From Octopus bimaculoides (lineage: Eukaryota), in contig NC_068984.1 of NCBI RefSeq assembly GCF_001194135.2, positions 120,033,879-120,097,878 on the forward strand: a stretch of 64,000 nucleotides of DNA, written 5' to 3'. The notes under the pieces are model-generated. The model searched no databases. It saw only the letters and a list, made by a program, of their open reading frames with translations, and was not told where the DNA came from. Of this stretch, positions 49,075-62,421 are shown piece after piece (within the stretch, counting starts at the first letter, position 1; every line of letters begins with the position of its first letter). A program made the position numbers and the translations under genes.

Positions 49075-51651
49075 ATGTGAGGAATACTCAGCCATTTATA
49101 TTTAATTTAATGAATTGATTGAACAACTGAATGCTGATCATTGAAACCATTGGATGAGCCATCAGTGTTTGTAACAGCTGTGCTATGCAGTAGTGTCTAT
49201 TAAAAACTAGGTCAGGCTGAACCATTGATAGTTAACAATTTTCATTGTGCACACAACAGACCCACTGGCAGAATATCAGCTATTGGCCAATCAGAAAGCA
49301 GTCTAGTATTTTATAATGTGACTATCTGCAATTCTTATAAAGAAAATTAGTAGGTGACAAAAATTAAAAGATGTTCATTCTATCAATTAATTCTCTCTAA
49401 TTAATATAGTTAGTACTTTACAACTTTGTGATTTAGAATTTTATTCCTTTCATCCTTCTAGTTTCAATAACAGGAATAGTAAATATAAAAACAAAAATTT
49501 TTTCCTCATTATTAATTTCAGTAATTTTATATTGTGTATTATTGAAGATGCCTGACTATTGATTTCTATTGAAGGAGGCTGTAATCAGTTTGATTGATCT
49601 CTAAGTACTTAACTAGTACATATTTCATTGATTCTTGTATTATTTTTGTAATTTTTTTGTCAGTTGAGATGCTAGTGCCCATGACCCTTTACAGGGCTTC
49701 CAGGACTGGTTGGAGGCAAAGAAGAATGTCTCTTTAAACCAGAGAAGTGACTCAAATGCTAGCAACAGAGTGGACTCCATTCAAGACATCCAGAATGCCT
49801 AGTGGTGATGTTAAACCAGTCAGTGTATTATGTCTACCATGCAAGTGAGCCATGGTGGAATTTGAACTCAGAATGTAAAGAGCTGTTACAGGTACAGCAA
49901 GGCATCATTCACTCTGGCATTCTTACAGCTCTTTCACTTCATCACTCTGGATATTTTTATTGACTGCAAAAGTATGGAAGTCAAAAGTAGATTTGAACTC
50001 AAATTGTAAAAGAACTTACATGTTTACATTGATTTACATGCTTGACATTATACAATACAATTGAAACCATGATGTTTTGATGATCTGATGAGCTGGCTTT
50101 CTTTGCACCGATTTGTGAATATACAATTGTATTTTATAATGCCGAGCATACAAATTAATGCAAACATATAAATGGCACGCCATCAGTTACAATGATGAGG
50201 GCTCCAGTTGATCCAATCAACAGAACAGCCTGTTTGGGAATTTGATGTGCAAGTGGTTGAGCACCTCACAGACATGTGTACCCTTAATGTAGTTCTCGGG
50301 GAGATTCAGCTTGACATAGAATGTGACAAGGCTGACCCTTTGAAATACAGGTACTTCTCATTTTTGCCAGCTGAGTGAACTGGAGCAACTTGAAATAAAG
50401 TGTGTTGCTCAAGGACATGTCTCTGGGAATTGAACTCATGACCTTATGATTGTGAGCTGAATACTATAACCACTGAGCCATCTGCCTTCATATATAAACA
50501 TAATTTATAATGAAAATATATTAACACAATTTATTGAGTACTGAATTTATTACTGCACGAAGAAGGCTGTGAAATGGTCATAAGCTTAAGGATGTCAAGT
50601 GATTCAATAAATATATTCATTTCTCATGTCTTCTGACTTCATGATTTATATACTTCTCATGAAGTAATTTCATTGAGTGGATCTTCTGGATTTCAGCTGC
50701 ATGGACACTCTGCATTACACTTCTCTGTATTGGATTATTATGTCATCTGATAACTGAGCTCATTAGAAGATCTTTCTGTGATTGTCATGTGATTCTCCAA
50801 ATCCATACCTTGTACTGAAAATCTATCTATCTATCTATCTATATGTGTGTATATATATATATAAATATATATATTGTCAATATATCATATATCCAAAAAA
50901 GAAGTAATAAAGTTAATGTCTGGTCATAGAGTGACCAATGGTTTTGCATCCACAATGGCTATAGCCTTGCGGACGACTCATCACACTCTAGTATATGTAT
51001 GTACATATGTATACACACACACACACACACATATAGTATGTCAGGTTGCTCTTGGGTACTACTGGTAACATGTAACCCAATACAACCTGTTGCATGATCG
51101 GGTTGTCAGTGACTAAACTGGCAACCCCACCAAGCTTGCTTGGTGAAGAGGGTGATTGTTGGACACACTGCAAGATGAGAAATAAGACCTGTCAAAAGGC
51201 AGAAGAGTTCATCCAACAATATGTGTACATGTGTGATTAGTATTAAAGCACGTATATATGTGTGGGGACATGGAAATACCTGGGTTGGTGTCCAGTCACA
51301 TGCTTTGCCCACTGGTAGTGGGAGGCTCCTCTATTGTTGTCACAACATCTCTCTAGGAGAGGGGAACTCTGAGAGAAGACCTGTAACACTGAAAATATTC
51401 GATGATGAAGACTAGTTCTTCTTTTTGAGTTTATGTTGTTCATGTTCAGAGTGGGATTGGATTTGTGCGAATCCTTTCTCCACTATAAAATATCAACATG
51501 CATAGGTATCATTGATAAAAAAGTAAGACCTATCACAAAAATGGCTGGTCATAGCTGTCACATATGTGGGACTTTTGATCAGATGATGGCAATACTTGAA
51601 CATGAGTTTGCAGCCATCATCTTATATACATATGTGTATGTATTTATAGAA

Positions 51652-51718
<67 letters not shown>

Positions 51719-51720
51719 CT

Positions 51721-52380
51721 CATCATCATCGTTTAACGTTCGCTTTCCATGCTAGCATGGGTTGGACGATTTGACTGAGGACTGGCGAACCAGATGGCTA
51801 TGCCAGGCTCCAATCTGATTTGGCAGAGTTTCTACAGCTGGATGCCCTTCCTAACACCAACTACTTCGGCAGTGTAGTGGGTGCTTTTACGTGCCACCGG
51901 CACGAAGGCCAGTCAGGAGCTACTGGCAATGGCCATGCTCAAAATGGTGTATTTTATGTGCCACCTGCACAGGAGCCAGTCTGGTGGCACTGGCAACGAC
52001 CTCGCTCAAATGTCTTTTCACATGCCACCAGCACAAGTACCAGGAAGGTGACGCTGGTAACGATTATGCTCAAATGATGCTATTTACGTTCTACTGGCGT
52101 AGAAGCCAGACAGCTGCTCTGGCAACGATCGTGCTTGGACGGTGCTTATAGTGCTCCACTGGTACAGGTGCCAGCACGATTTCGTTTTCACTTGCCCCAA
52201 CAGTTCTTCGCAAGCCGAATTTAGTGTCCAATGAAGGAGACGTTGGCATGGGTGCCAGTCGTCGAATTTAGTTGTATTTCGATTTCACTTGCCTCAACAG
52301 GTCTTTGCAAGCGGAGTTTAGTGTCCAATGAAGGAAAGGTATGCATAAGTGGGCTGGCTACACCCCTGGCAGAGGCAAGA
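51721..52380 (-). mobile_element. Long family D SINE-like copy with internal tandem subrepeats
   Basis: (CAT)n tail at 51721, conserved 3' body, about four 60-70-bp ctgg(c/t)aa units and two gatttc...ttagtgtccaatgaagga units. Confidence 0.7.
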
Positions 52381-53507
52381 TGTTATTACTGCCAAACGTG
52401 GTCCTACCCCATATAAAAATTAATTTGTCTGAAATTTTAAGGTGATGCCATTATTTTGTCCAGCCCCTGTATATATAAACCTCCTCAGCAACAAGAAGTT
52501 TGATGTTAGCAATTTTAGCAATTTACTGCATCGTTCTTCCGCAACTTTCCAAATGATGTAGTAGTAATTATTTTTCTGTCAAGATAGTTGCTAAGTAAAG
52601 ACAGATAATGAAATATCTCCATATGCTACATGCTTATCATATATTTGCATAATATTTATTAGTAAACATTGAAAAATATGAATATTGATAATATTTATTC
52701 CAGTGTGTTTGTCTCGATTCAAATAAATTGATATTTAAGTAAAGCATTAGCTGTGTAAAGTAGTGCTGATCTCTAACTGTGGAGGGAACTTGTGGAAGAG
52801 GTTGGCCCAGGGAGACATAGGATGAAGTAATGAAGCATGATCTCCAAATGTGGAGCCTCACAGAGGTGATGACAAGTGATCACAACCTTTGGCAATTCGC
52901 TGTGCTTGAGAAGACTTGTCAAGCCAAGTGAAATTCTAGTTATAGCCAGTGCCAGTGACACATTACAGCATCTGTGCTGGAGACATGTAAAAGTACCCAA
53001 GCTGATGACATGTGAAAGGCACCCACTACACTCTCAGAGTGGTTAGTGTAAGGAAGGGCATCCAGTCATAGAAATCAAGCCAAATTCAGACTGGAACCTG
53101 GTGTAGCTCTCTGGTTTACCAGTTCCAGTCAAGCCGGCTAACCCATGCCAGCATGAATAGCAGACATTAGATGATGATGATATATGTATATTAACTTGTA
53201 CTCCATTGGTTACAACAAGTGTCTCTGTTGATCCGATCAGTGGAACAACCTGCTGGCAAAGTTAGAGTGCAAGTGTTTGAGCACTCCACAGACACAAGTA
53301 CCTTTGATGAAGTTCACAGGGAGATTCTGCATGACACAAAATGTAATAAGGCTGTCCCTTTGAAATGCAGACACTTCTCGTTTTCATCAGTTGAGTGGAC
53401 TGGAGCCACATAAAATAAAGTGTCTTGCTCAATGACACAAAGTGTCATCAGGAATTGAACTCATGACCTTATGGTTGTGAACTGAATACTATTACCACTA
53501 AGCCTTC

Positions 53508-53550
<43 letters not shown>

Positions 53551-54019
53551 CATACATACATACATTATGTATATATATACATGGGCATTCGTTGTGACAA
53601 GACATACTTTTCATAGCTCCGGCCCGTTAGTAGCCAAAGAAACAGATTTCAACTCAAACCAGCAGTAACTTTCCTTGTTTTTAGTCCCAGAACTCTTGAA
53701 TTCTACTATTCTACTATCATCAGAGGATAAATTTACACAAATTTATATACAACCTGCAGGGACAAATATAAACCAAAAGTAAACCCAAGATTAGTTCTAA
53801 AACTAGTCCCGTGAGTACAGTTCCTTTCTCTTGATTTGTATTAAACACACCGCTCATTCTGATTTGTATAAAAAAAAATACACTGAACTCTCCCACACAC
53901 ACCCAGATATAGCCACGCATTTCCAAATATATCGACACAAATTTTACAATGGTGCATTCACTATTATACATCGAGTCCCCAATAACTAACGTATAGTGTA
54001 TAATACAGTGCCACTCAAT

Positions 54020-54603
54020 ATGGCCAATGATACTCTAAAACGTCACTGGGTAGAAAACGAAATCAGTGCACTGATAAACGCTTGGTACACTCACCAAAAC
54101 GATTGTGTAAAGGTTAATGTCTACAGTAAAATCGCTGAAAAATTAGCGTCACAATCCTTTTACAGATCGAAAACAAAATAAAAGAAATCACAAGATCATT
54201 TCATACTGTACACAAGCACACTGCAACACTAGAAGCCATACTTGTCAGTGGATGTAGTGCACCCACTGACCCAACTCCAACAGGTCAGGGGTCACTTCAA
54301 AGATCCACTAGCCAGCAACAAACAACATCCTCATTGATATCGCTTTCTGACCTAATTCCACCCAACACTACTGTGGCAAGCCAGGACTCACTACCACAAC
54401 AAAAACAGCTTTCTACTGCTACTACATTGGAAGCACCTTGTTTGGCACCACTATCTGACCTGATTCCACTCAGCCCTACTATTGCAAATCAAATTTCACT
54501 GCCGCTACAACAACAACAACAACAACAACAGTCTGCTACTGCTACTACAATAGGACCACTGCCAGTACAGAAAACCCTCTACTATGCCCATGTCCCAGGA
54601 TGA
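54020..54603 (+). pseudogene. Myb/SANT-like (trihelix) DNA-binding protein ORF with one frameshift, possibly PIF/Harbinger-derived
   Basis: MANDTLKRHWVENEISALINAW...VYSKIAEKLASQSFYR, then in another frame from 54163 QIENKIKEITRSF (third helix) continuing open through a S/T/Q-rich, polyQ-containing tail to TGA at 54601-54603. Confidence 0.65.
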
Positions 54604-55370
54604 ACCTCATCCTGGAAGATCTGTAGAGCTTGATGAGGATGTCCTGCAAACCCTGGTGGAACAAAATCCAATTGTAATTGTTGAGGAACTAACAGAGAAA
54701 CTTGGATTTGGTCATTCAACCATTCATTGATACCTTGTGTACCATTGGAAAAGTCAGCAAATTGAGTCAATGGGTTTCTCACAAACTTTCCGAGTCTAAT
54801 TGCATGCAGAGAGTGAATGTATGCTCTTCTTTGCTGTCACATCTCACGAATGAATCTTTTTTTGACCAAATAATGACTGGTGATGAGAAATGGGATCTCT
54901 ATAAAAATGTCAAGTGCTGAAGACAGTGGGTAGGGAAAGGAGAAACACCAGCACCACAGACTAAGGAAAGTCTTCACCCATGTAAGGTGTTGTTGTCTGT
55001 TTGGTGGGAGATGAAAGGTTTAGTCCACTTCGAACTTTTAAACCCAATCCCAAAACAAAGCAGATCTACTGCAAGCAGCTTCAGTGGCTTAAGTCAGCGC
55101 TAGAAGAAAAACAACCATCTTTGTTTTCAAAATGAAAAGTGTTCTTCCATTAAGATAATGCTTGGCCACATACAAGAAGGATGACATTCCAAAGTCTGGA
55201 GCAGTTTGAATGGGAAACGATGCACCACCCACAATATTCACCGGACATTGCCCCATTTGATTATCATTTATTCTGTAGTCTTCAAAATCATTTGGATGGA
55301 AAATATATGAATTCTGTAAATGAGGCCAGAACAGTACTGGAGGAGTATTTTTCATTATGGACAAGTGATA
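54596..55370 (+). mobile_element. mariner (DD34D-like) transposase pseudogene, lacking the N-terminus and TIRs
   Basis: DEPHPGRSVELDED...QWVSHKLS...IMTGDEKW...KVLLSVWWEMKG...DNAWPH...HPQYSPDIAPFDYHLF. Confidence 0.9.
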
Positions 55371-55859
55371 TTGTTTATATATATATTTATATTTTTATCT
55401 CATATTTAAAAAGACAAAACAAAAGAAAACATTTTTACATACATGCATATATACATTACATACATACGTATTCTTTTATTCTTTTATGCATTTCAGCCCA
55501 AAAGCTGTAGCCATACTGGGAACCATCAGTATCTGATCTGAATCCAGTCACTTCTGTATTTGTTGTCTTCTCTGACTGAGTATCTCAGACTTCACTTTGA
55601 ACTGACAACTGTATGTTTGCTGTGGTTTCTCACCTCTTGAGAGAACTCTTCTGATGAGGAGACTACAGTTGCTTGGTTTCACATTGTGGTGCCCATATGA
55701 TGAATTCATCCAGAAAGTGATAACACCAGATCCTCCCCCAAGGTTGGTGTAAGTGGAGAGGTGATCAGCTGAAGATGCAGCTTATGAAAATCAAAGCAGA
55801 TATGGAGCTTGTTTCCAGTCCTTGAGTCATGGTATTCGTTACTTGAACTGGGAATGGCT

Positions 55860-56560
55860 TCAACACACTACAGAATTGGTCACAGACAGATGTGCATGGA
55901 CTGCCCTGACCCATGATGCAGTGAACTCAATGGGAGCTGGCTTAACCCCTCCTGGATGAATGCCGTTACAAAACAAGAAGACAACCATCAGTATCATCAC
56001 ATTTTCAATGACCATTCTCATGTGGTTGACTCTTGGTAAAGAAGATATTGCTGCCCTCTTCTTAGTTTCTTGCCTTGATGTAGATTCATATGAGATCTTG
56101 GACATTAAAAGGTCAAGTTGCTTCTTAAAAACATCTCTTCCCACTCCAAGTAAATCACTCTGCATTTTTGACAAAATATCAAATAGCTGGAGGCCTTTGA
56201 AGCCCTAGCTATTGCACTACCTGGTTCTCACTCTAGACAAGACAGCAGGTACCTTTGATACAATGCAGTGAAATCTTGTTCAAGGGCTAGTATAACTCAT
56301 AGTGCCAAAGTTTGGTTCCAGCCCTTCTAGGATCTTCAATATGTATATCAAACATATCTAACCTATTCTTTGCACAGGGGAGAAGAGTCATAACTCTTTC
56401 AGTCTCTCCCAGTAGTTCCGTCAAGTGTTCCATTGATGCAATCATCCTGGTGTAGCACTGCTGAACTTCCTCCAGTTTCACAATTAATTTGACTCTGAAG
56501 AGTGACCATAGATGAGAGCAGTAGTCCAGATGACTGAGGACAAATGTCCTCTAGTGGACC
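55860..56560 (-). mobile_element. CR1-like LINE 3' fragment
   Basis: KLEEVQQCYTRMIASMEHL...; DLLGVGRDVFKKQLDLLMSKISYESTSRQETKKRAAISS, same type as 627-945. Confidence 0.7.
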
Positions 56561-56852
56561 AGCATAATTTCTTGTTCTCCTGTTCTGAAAGTTCTCATCC
56601 AGCCATTTGCTTACACATTGCTGCTGTCATCATTTAACTGGATGGCTGTTGACTTTTTCATTCATTTATTTCAATGGTAATTTTCCCATGCTAGCATGTA
56701 CTGCACAGGAAATTATTTAAGGCATGGTTTTACAGCTGGATGCTTTTCCAGTTGCCAAAACTTACCTATTTTTTCATGTAAGATATGATATCATTCCACA
56801 GATCTTTTGAAAATAGAGGACAACTTGTCATAATGTCAATGCAAATATCCAC

Positions 56853-56917
<65 letters not shown>

Positions 56918-57039
56918 CGTGTGTCTTTATTAATTATTAACAGAAGTTATAGAGTGACTCAAGGGTAAAAAATTCACGCATTACTAATGCATAAAATTAT
57001 TATTAATGAAAATATATATACTTATGTTTTCAACTCAAT

Positions 57040-57690
57040 TTTCTTCTTTGCATCAAACAAAAATGTTTCAGATGCTTATGAAATGCTCCAGACAGCATAT
57101 AGATTAACTGATTTGCTAGGACAAGAGGTTCAAGGACAGTAGAAGGAGGTGAGAGATTATGAAAAGTGCGGAAGAGAGAGAGAGAGACACCAGAACATCA
57201 AAACTGGTTGAAAAAATACACAATTTTGTGGATGAAGACTGATGTTTGTCTATAAAGACAATAAGGATACAATTTGGAGTTGGTGTGGCAACTGTACACA
57301 GAATTATTTATGATGATATGAAGATGTGAAAAAATGTGTACAAACTTTGTTTCCAGGGTTCTAAGTGATGAGCTTCCTGGTAACTAACTACCTGACAGAG
57401 ATGGGTGTCAAAACTGTCCCTCACCCTCCCTACAGTCTAAACCTTGCCCACTGTGACTTTTGGTTGTTCCCCAAGCTGAAGGAAAAACCTCAGAGGCAGT
57501 CGTTTTGAGGACAATGAGAAGATGAAAGAGGCTGTGACACCTTCACTTGGGAGGACTTCCATGGGCCTTCATGAAATGACTGACATGTTACAACAAGTCT
57601 AATGAAGTCAGTGGCTCCTACTTTGAAGCAGATTAGAGTTTTATACTTCTTTGGAATTAATAAATGTCTCATCAGAAAAAACCTGTATGT
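57040..57690 (+). mobile_element. Internally deleted mariner remnant
   Basis: HTH-like ...YEMLQTAY... region, then LVTNYLTEMGVKTVPHPPYSLNLAHCDFWLFPKLKE. Confidence 0.8.
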
Positions 57691-57956
57691 AAGCAGTATG
57701 TATGTGTTTAGAGAGAGAGAGAGAGACTCACACAAACACACAGACACTCACATGCACACATACATACATGCATATATTTAATGAGCTACAAAATGAATGT
57801 CATTGCACCATTTATAAACATCTATAAAACCATTGAATTGTTCTAAAAGTCCATATGTCTGATGATCAGTTATATGAAACTTAGTAACAGCTTGTGAAAT
57901 TTTTCAGTTTCAATAAAGCACTATGTGTATGTATTTGTATGTATGTATATGTTTGG

Positions 57957-57989
<33 letters not shown>

Positions 57990-57993
<4 letters not shown>

Positions 57994-59760
57994 GAAATGA
58001 AGAAATAAGTGGAGATTTATTCACATCCAAAACTTTTATTAAAAATGTTTTCTACATCATATATAACAATGACCAACATATGTTTCAAAAGCATAAACTA
58101 CACATTACTCCATATGCATTTATGCATCCTAGTCCCTGCAATTTCATCAAGGGTCCATCACTTATGACGTTTTCAAAGTGAATTAATTCAAACAAGCTTC
58201 CTGCATTGGTATTCAGTTGAAGGTTACAGCGTTGCTTTTTAAATCAAATTATAATCACCTCAACTGGTATTACAGTTGAATCATGGTTTATAAAACGTTC
58301 ATTCATATTATAATCAATTGTAGCAGTTTTGTTTACATTTTACTGTATGGAGTACATTATTTATTCAGAGGTGATTAACTTATGTTTGGATTTATACCCT
58401 TAATTAATATTATTATTGTTATTATTACTAAAATTATTTTAGTATTATTTGCAAAAATATCATTAATTATCACAATCATTATGTTAACTTGTATAATTAC
58501 TATAGATGGTAATTTATGTTTCTTTAAATCGTTTAAACATATTTAATCCAATGTGGACGTCTTATAGACTGTTCATGTTTAGTGTTTAATATTGAATATT
58601 TAGAAAAGAAAATTTGGTACATTTCCTCCACACAAAAATTACATTTATTATTGCCTATTCTATAAGGTTTTGCTTTACTAATAATTTCCCAAGCAATCAA
58701 AAGTACTTTATTATCTTTATGTGCCCAAATTAGCTTACTAAGGCTGGTAGTAATAATTTTGTCCCTATTTCTAAACGAACTTAAATGATTGGCAATTCTC
58801 TGCTTAATATAACATGAGCTAGCTCCTATATAGAAATAGTCTCTATTCTCTGAGGTAATCTTATATCTGTATATGATATTTTTATGTTTATAATCAGAGC
58901 CAAGTGGACAGTTGCAACTAATAGTTCTAGTACTTCCATCACTATCATCCACTTTACCTAGTCTAGATGTGATTTTTAAATTCTCTTATTTATCTTCTAA
59001 GCTATTAGTCCTCTTAGCAGAGACAACACTGAGTACTTTACCCTCTAGGATTCATATCCACTACTTCTATGCCATCTATGGAGCTCCCTCGGGTCTCTTC
59101 AACTCCATTGGTTGTCAAACCATAGTTCCTATCCTAATACCCAGCTGTGTCACCCACGGTTTGTTCACTCATGTTGACAGTGTTGCTATTTATTGATCTA
59201 TAATTATAATTCTGGTTACTATTATTGCTACTACTCATATGGAAAGTTTTAAATTTCCTATTGTTGTGTGCAGCTATAATTTGTGCTAGATTTTTGCTAT
59301 TACAGAAAGCTAATCTAGCCCAATTTTTATTAAAAATTCTATAGTATTTACTCTTTTGGAAAATGTTTAGTCAATGCCGAATAAAACAATTTCAGTATAT
59401 CGGAAAAAAATTGTTTACCATTTGATATAGCTAGAGGTATCCATGTTATTAAGGTATGTATTTCTATTTCTACCTAAACTTTTTTGTAAAAGTTTGTAAT
59501 TTCTTTATCTGGATTTTATTATGGTATTGGGTTTGTTTGCTATTATCTGACATTACATTTGTCAGTTATTTGTATATTACTATTTACAGAGTTTATGTAT
59601 TTTTTTACCTACTCTATCTGAATGGGACCTCTTAGAAGGTCCATTCCTACCTAAGCTACTTTGTGCTTTATTTGGCACATATTCAAGTAAATTTGTACTC
59701 TTCTTTTTGTTTCTAGGGACTCTATTGTTAAATTCTAATTGCACAGATTTCCTATCCTTG
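57990..59760 (-). mobile_element. Penelope-like element remnant (linker + GIY-YIG + 3' pLTR)
   Basis: LTKHFPK...RIFNKN...AQIIAAHNNRK linker; 58533-58952 SCNCPLGSDY...IYRYKI...YIGASS...QRIANHLSSF...LSKLIWAHK...WEIISKAKPY...C..C. Confidence 0.85.
58071..58156 (-). ncRNA. Degenerate hammerhead motif in the PLE 3' region
   Basis: GGACC-CTTGATGA (one extra base)...TTGAAA-CATATG-TT-GGTC; aligns to the intact motif at 20192-20275. Confidence 0.5.
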
Positions 59761-59894
59761 ACTCATCATGGCTCCTTTTTTTAAAAAGGAGCCATGATGT
59801 AATGTCCATTTGTTTTACATGTATGTTAACATATTGTATTATGTCACTGTAACCTTTTTATATTTTTATTTTTCCTCTCTTTCTGTACAATGAA

Positions 59895-59977
59895 TATCCT
59901 GATGAAGGGAGTGTCTAATTTCTAATATGAGTACTACACCATATTAATAGACACATATCAGAAACAGTCCGTAGATG
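59895..59977 (+). ncRNA. Type I hammerhead ribozyme motif with long helix II
   Basis: TATC-CTGATGA-AG...GTGTCTA/TAGACAC and TAATATG/CATATTA stems...CA-GAAA-CAGTCCG-TA-GATG. Confidence 0.6.
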
Positions 59978-60842
59978 AAAACTTTTAACATTACCTATGT
60001 ATTGTATGTTTTTTTAATAGAGTATATATACATATCCTTTTCTAATGTACACGTTTTTAATATAATACATGTATATTTATAATATCATATCGAATTGTAT
60101 CATATCGTATATATATTATTATGTTAAATCATACTGTACGTTTATATATTGTAATGTATTATCTTAAATTGTCAAATATTTTTATACAACTTGGAAACTA
60201 TGCATGTTTATAAATATTTTTAAATAAATATTTTAAACATTCATGATATTTCTGAAGTTTATATCGTTGTATATGCCTGTATACTTTATTTTACCTTACT
60301 TTTTAGACATTTTAGAGACTTAAAACTATATATTTATCGATTCTAGAATGAATTGAACACACACACACACACACACACACATATATTAAATCTTGCATTG
60401 GATATATGGTATTGTTCCTGTGGTCTTCCACCCTTATGTATCCATTCTTACTATAATGTGAATTCTAGCTCATGCTGAGCACTTCAACTCTACCCCATTC
60501 TTATGTATTGTTATATTAACAATATATAATTATACAAAAGATTACAGATTATATATATATAACTACATACATGCATACATATATGTATATCATCGTCATT
60601 TAACATCTGTTTTCCATGCTGGCATGGGTTGGATAGTTTGACTGAAAACTGGCAAGCTGGAGGAGCTGCACCAGGTTCCAGTCTGATTTGGCATGGTTTC
60701 TACAGCTGGATGCCCTTCTTTGTTCCAGCCACTCCAAGAGTGTAGTGGGTGCTTTTTACGTGTTACTAGCTTGGGTACCAGTTACAAAACACTGGCATCA
60801 ACCATGACTACGATCTCACTTGGTCTGACAGGCTTTCTCTAA

Positions 60843-61637
60843 ATCTCTGTCCATTCACAGGATCTTTAAACTTCCAGACTCTTCTCCTCCATGCTGGTCA
60901 GCTTCTGGGCGACCACTTAACCCTGATCCTGAAGTCACTAAATGCTAGTCTATGTTGTGGGGTACATTCTTCGCCTGGGAAGGTTTTGGCATTTATAAGC
61001 AGCCATCTTTCCCTTTTCCTGGTGAGGATGTAGTCAATTTGGCTAGTGTGTCTACCAGAACGGTAGGTGACTGGCAGGTTTCCTGAAGTTAGTATTGCAA
61101 ACCATAAGGTCATTTGCATCACAGAACTCCAGCAGCCTGGTTCCCTCCTCATTGCGGGAACCAAAACCATTGACACCATGTACGCCATGGAAGCCACCTG
61201 TATGTTGTCCAACATGTCCATTAAAGTCACCAGCCACGAAGAGAAGGTCCCTGTCATTCGTCAACGAGGTAGTCTGCAAGAGGGTGTCATAAAATTGGTC
61301 TTTTTGTTCATCGGGTTACCCTGGCTGAGGGGCATAGGCTGAGATAATGGTTGCTAACCCATGATGAAGGACTAATCTAATCTTAAGTATTCTATCGCAT
61401 ACTCTGACTACCTCAATTACCTTATCCACCCATTTCTCCGCAAGAAATATAGCCATGCCCCCGACCTCATCTGTGTTCCCTGCCCAGAAAATCTTGTAAC
61501 TGTGTTCTTTGCCTGTGAGGAACCTAGCCGAGCCTCCTTTCCACCTTACTTCTTGGAGGCAGCAGATATCGACACATCACTGTTCAAGCATCTCAACACA
61601 CCTACCTTTCAGTGTCCCGACGTTGAGGGTGCCAACC
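60843..61637 (-). mobile_element. RTE LINE fragment, APE endonuclease domain
   Basis: [13 protein letters not shown]...[10 protein letters not shown]...SAYAPQ...AGDFNGHVG...NTNFRKPASHL...SQIDYIL...QHRL. Confidence 0.92.
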
Positions 61638-61638
61638 C

Positions 61639-61689
<51 letters not shown>

Positions 61690-61842
61690 GTATATATATA
61701 TGTGTGTGTGTGTATATATATATATGTATATATGTGTGTGTGTGTATATATATATATATGTATATATGTGTGTGTCTGTGTGTATATATATATGTATATA
61801 TGTGTGTGTGTATATATATATATATGTATATATATGTGTGTG

Positions 61843-61879
<37 letters not shown>

Positions 61880-61915
61880 ACATATATATATATATATATG
61901 TACACACACATATCC
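61638..61915. repeat. Compound (TG/TA)n microsatellite
   Basis: About 280 bp of almost purely alternating purine-pyrimidine; a similar tract at 62240-62515. Confidence 0.95.
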
Positions 61916-62385
61916 TAAAACAAACAAACCAACAAACCAAATACAAAAAAAATTAGAGAAAGGATTATAAGTTCAGATTAAAAGATATAAAGGAAGATTA
62001 TGAATTTAATCAGCTACATTTCAGTGCAAGCTATTCATCTTGCTTACTAAGCATTTAAGAACCATTTAAACACAGTCTGTTCCAACTAAACCATATACTT
62101 AAATCATGGTTCAGGGACAGCTCTTGGAAATAATAACTACAAATTACACAGTTTTATTCCCCCTTTCACCTTCCTTTCCCCTCCCCCTCTCTCTTTCCCT
62201 CTACCTATATTCATCTTTCTTCCTATATCTATATATACTTACATATGTACATATGTGTATATATATGTATATGTGTATGTATATATATATGTATATATAT
62301 GTACATGTGTATATATATATATATATATATCTATATATATGTATATGTGTATATATATGTGTATATTTATATATGTATGTGTGTG

Positions 62386-62421
<36 letters not shown>

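Noticed and set aside
53635-53730. CTGATGA...GAAA on the minus strand as a hammerhead
   Set aside because: No helix I or helix III pairing after GAAA
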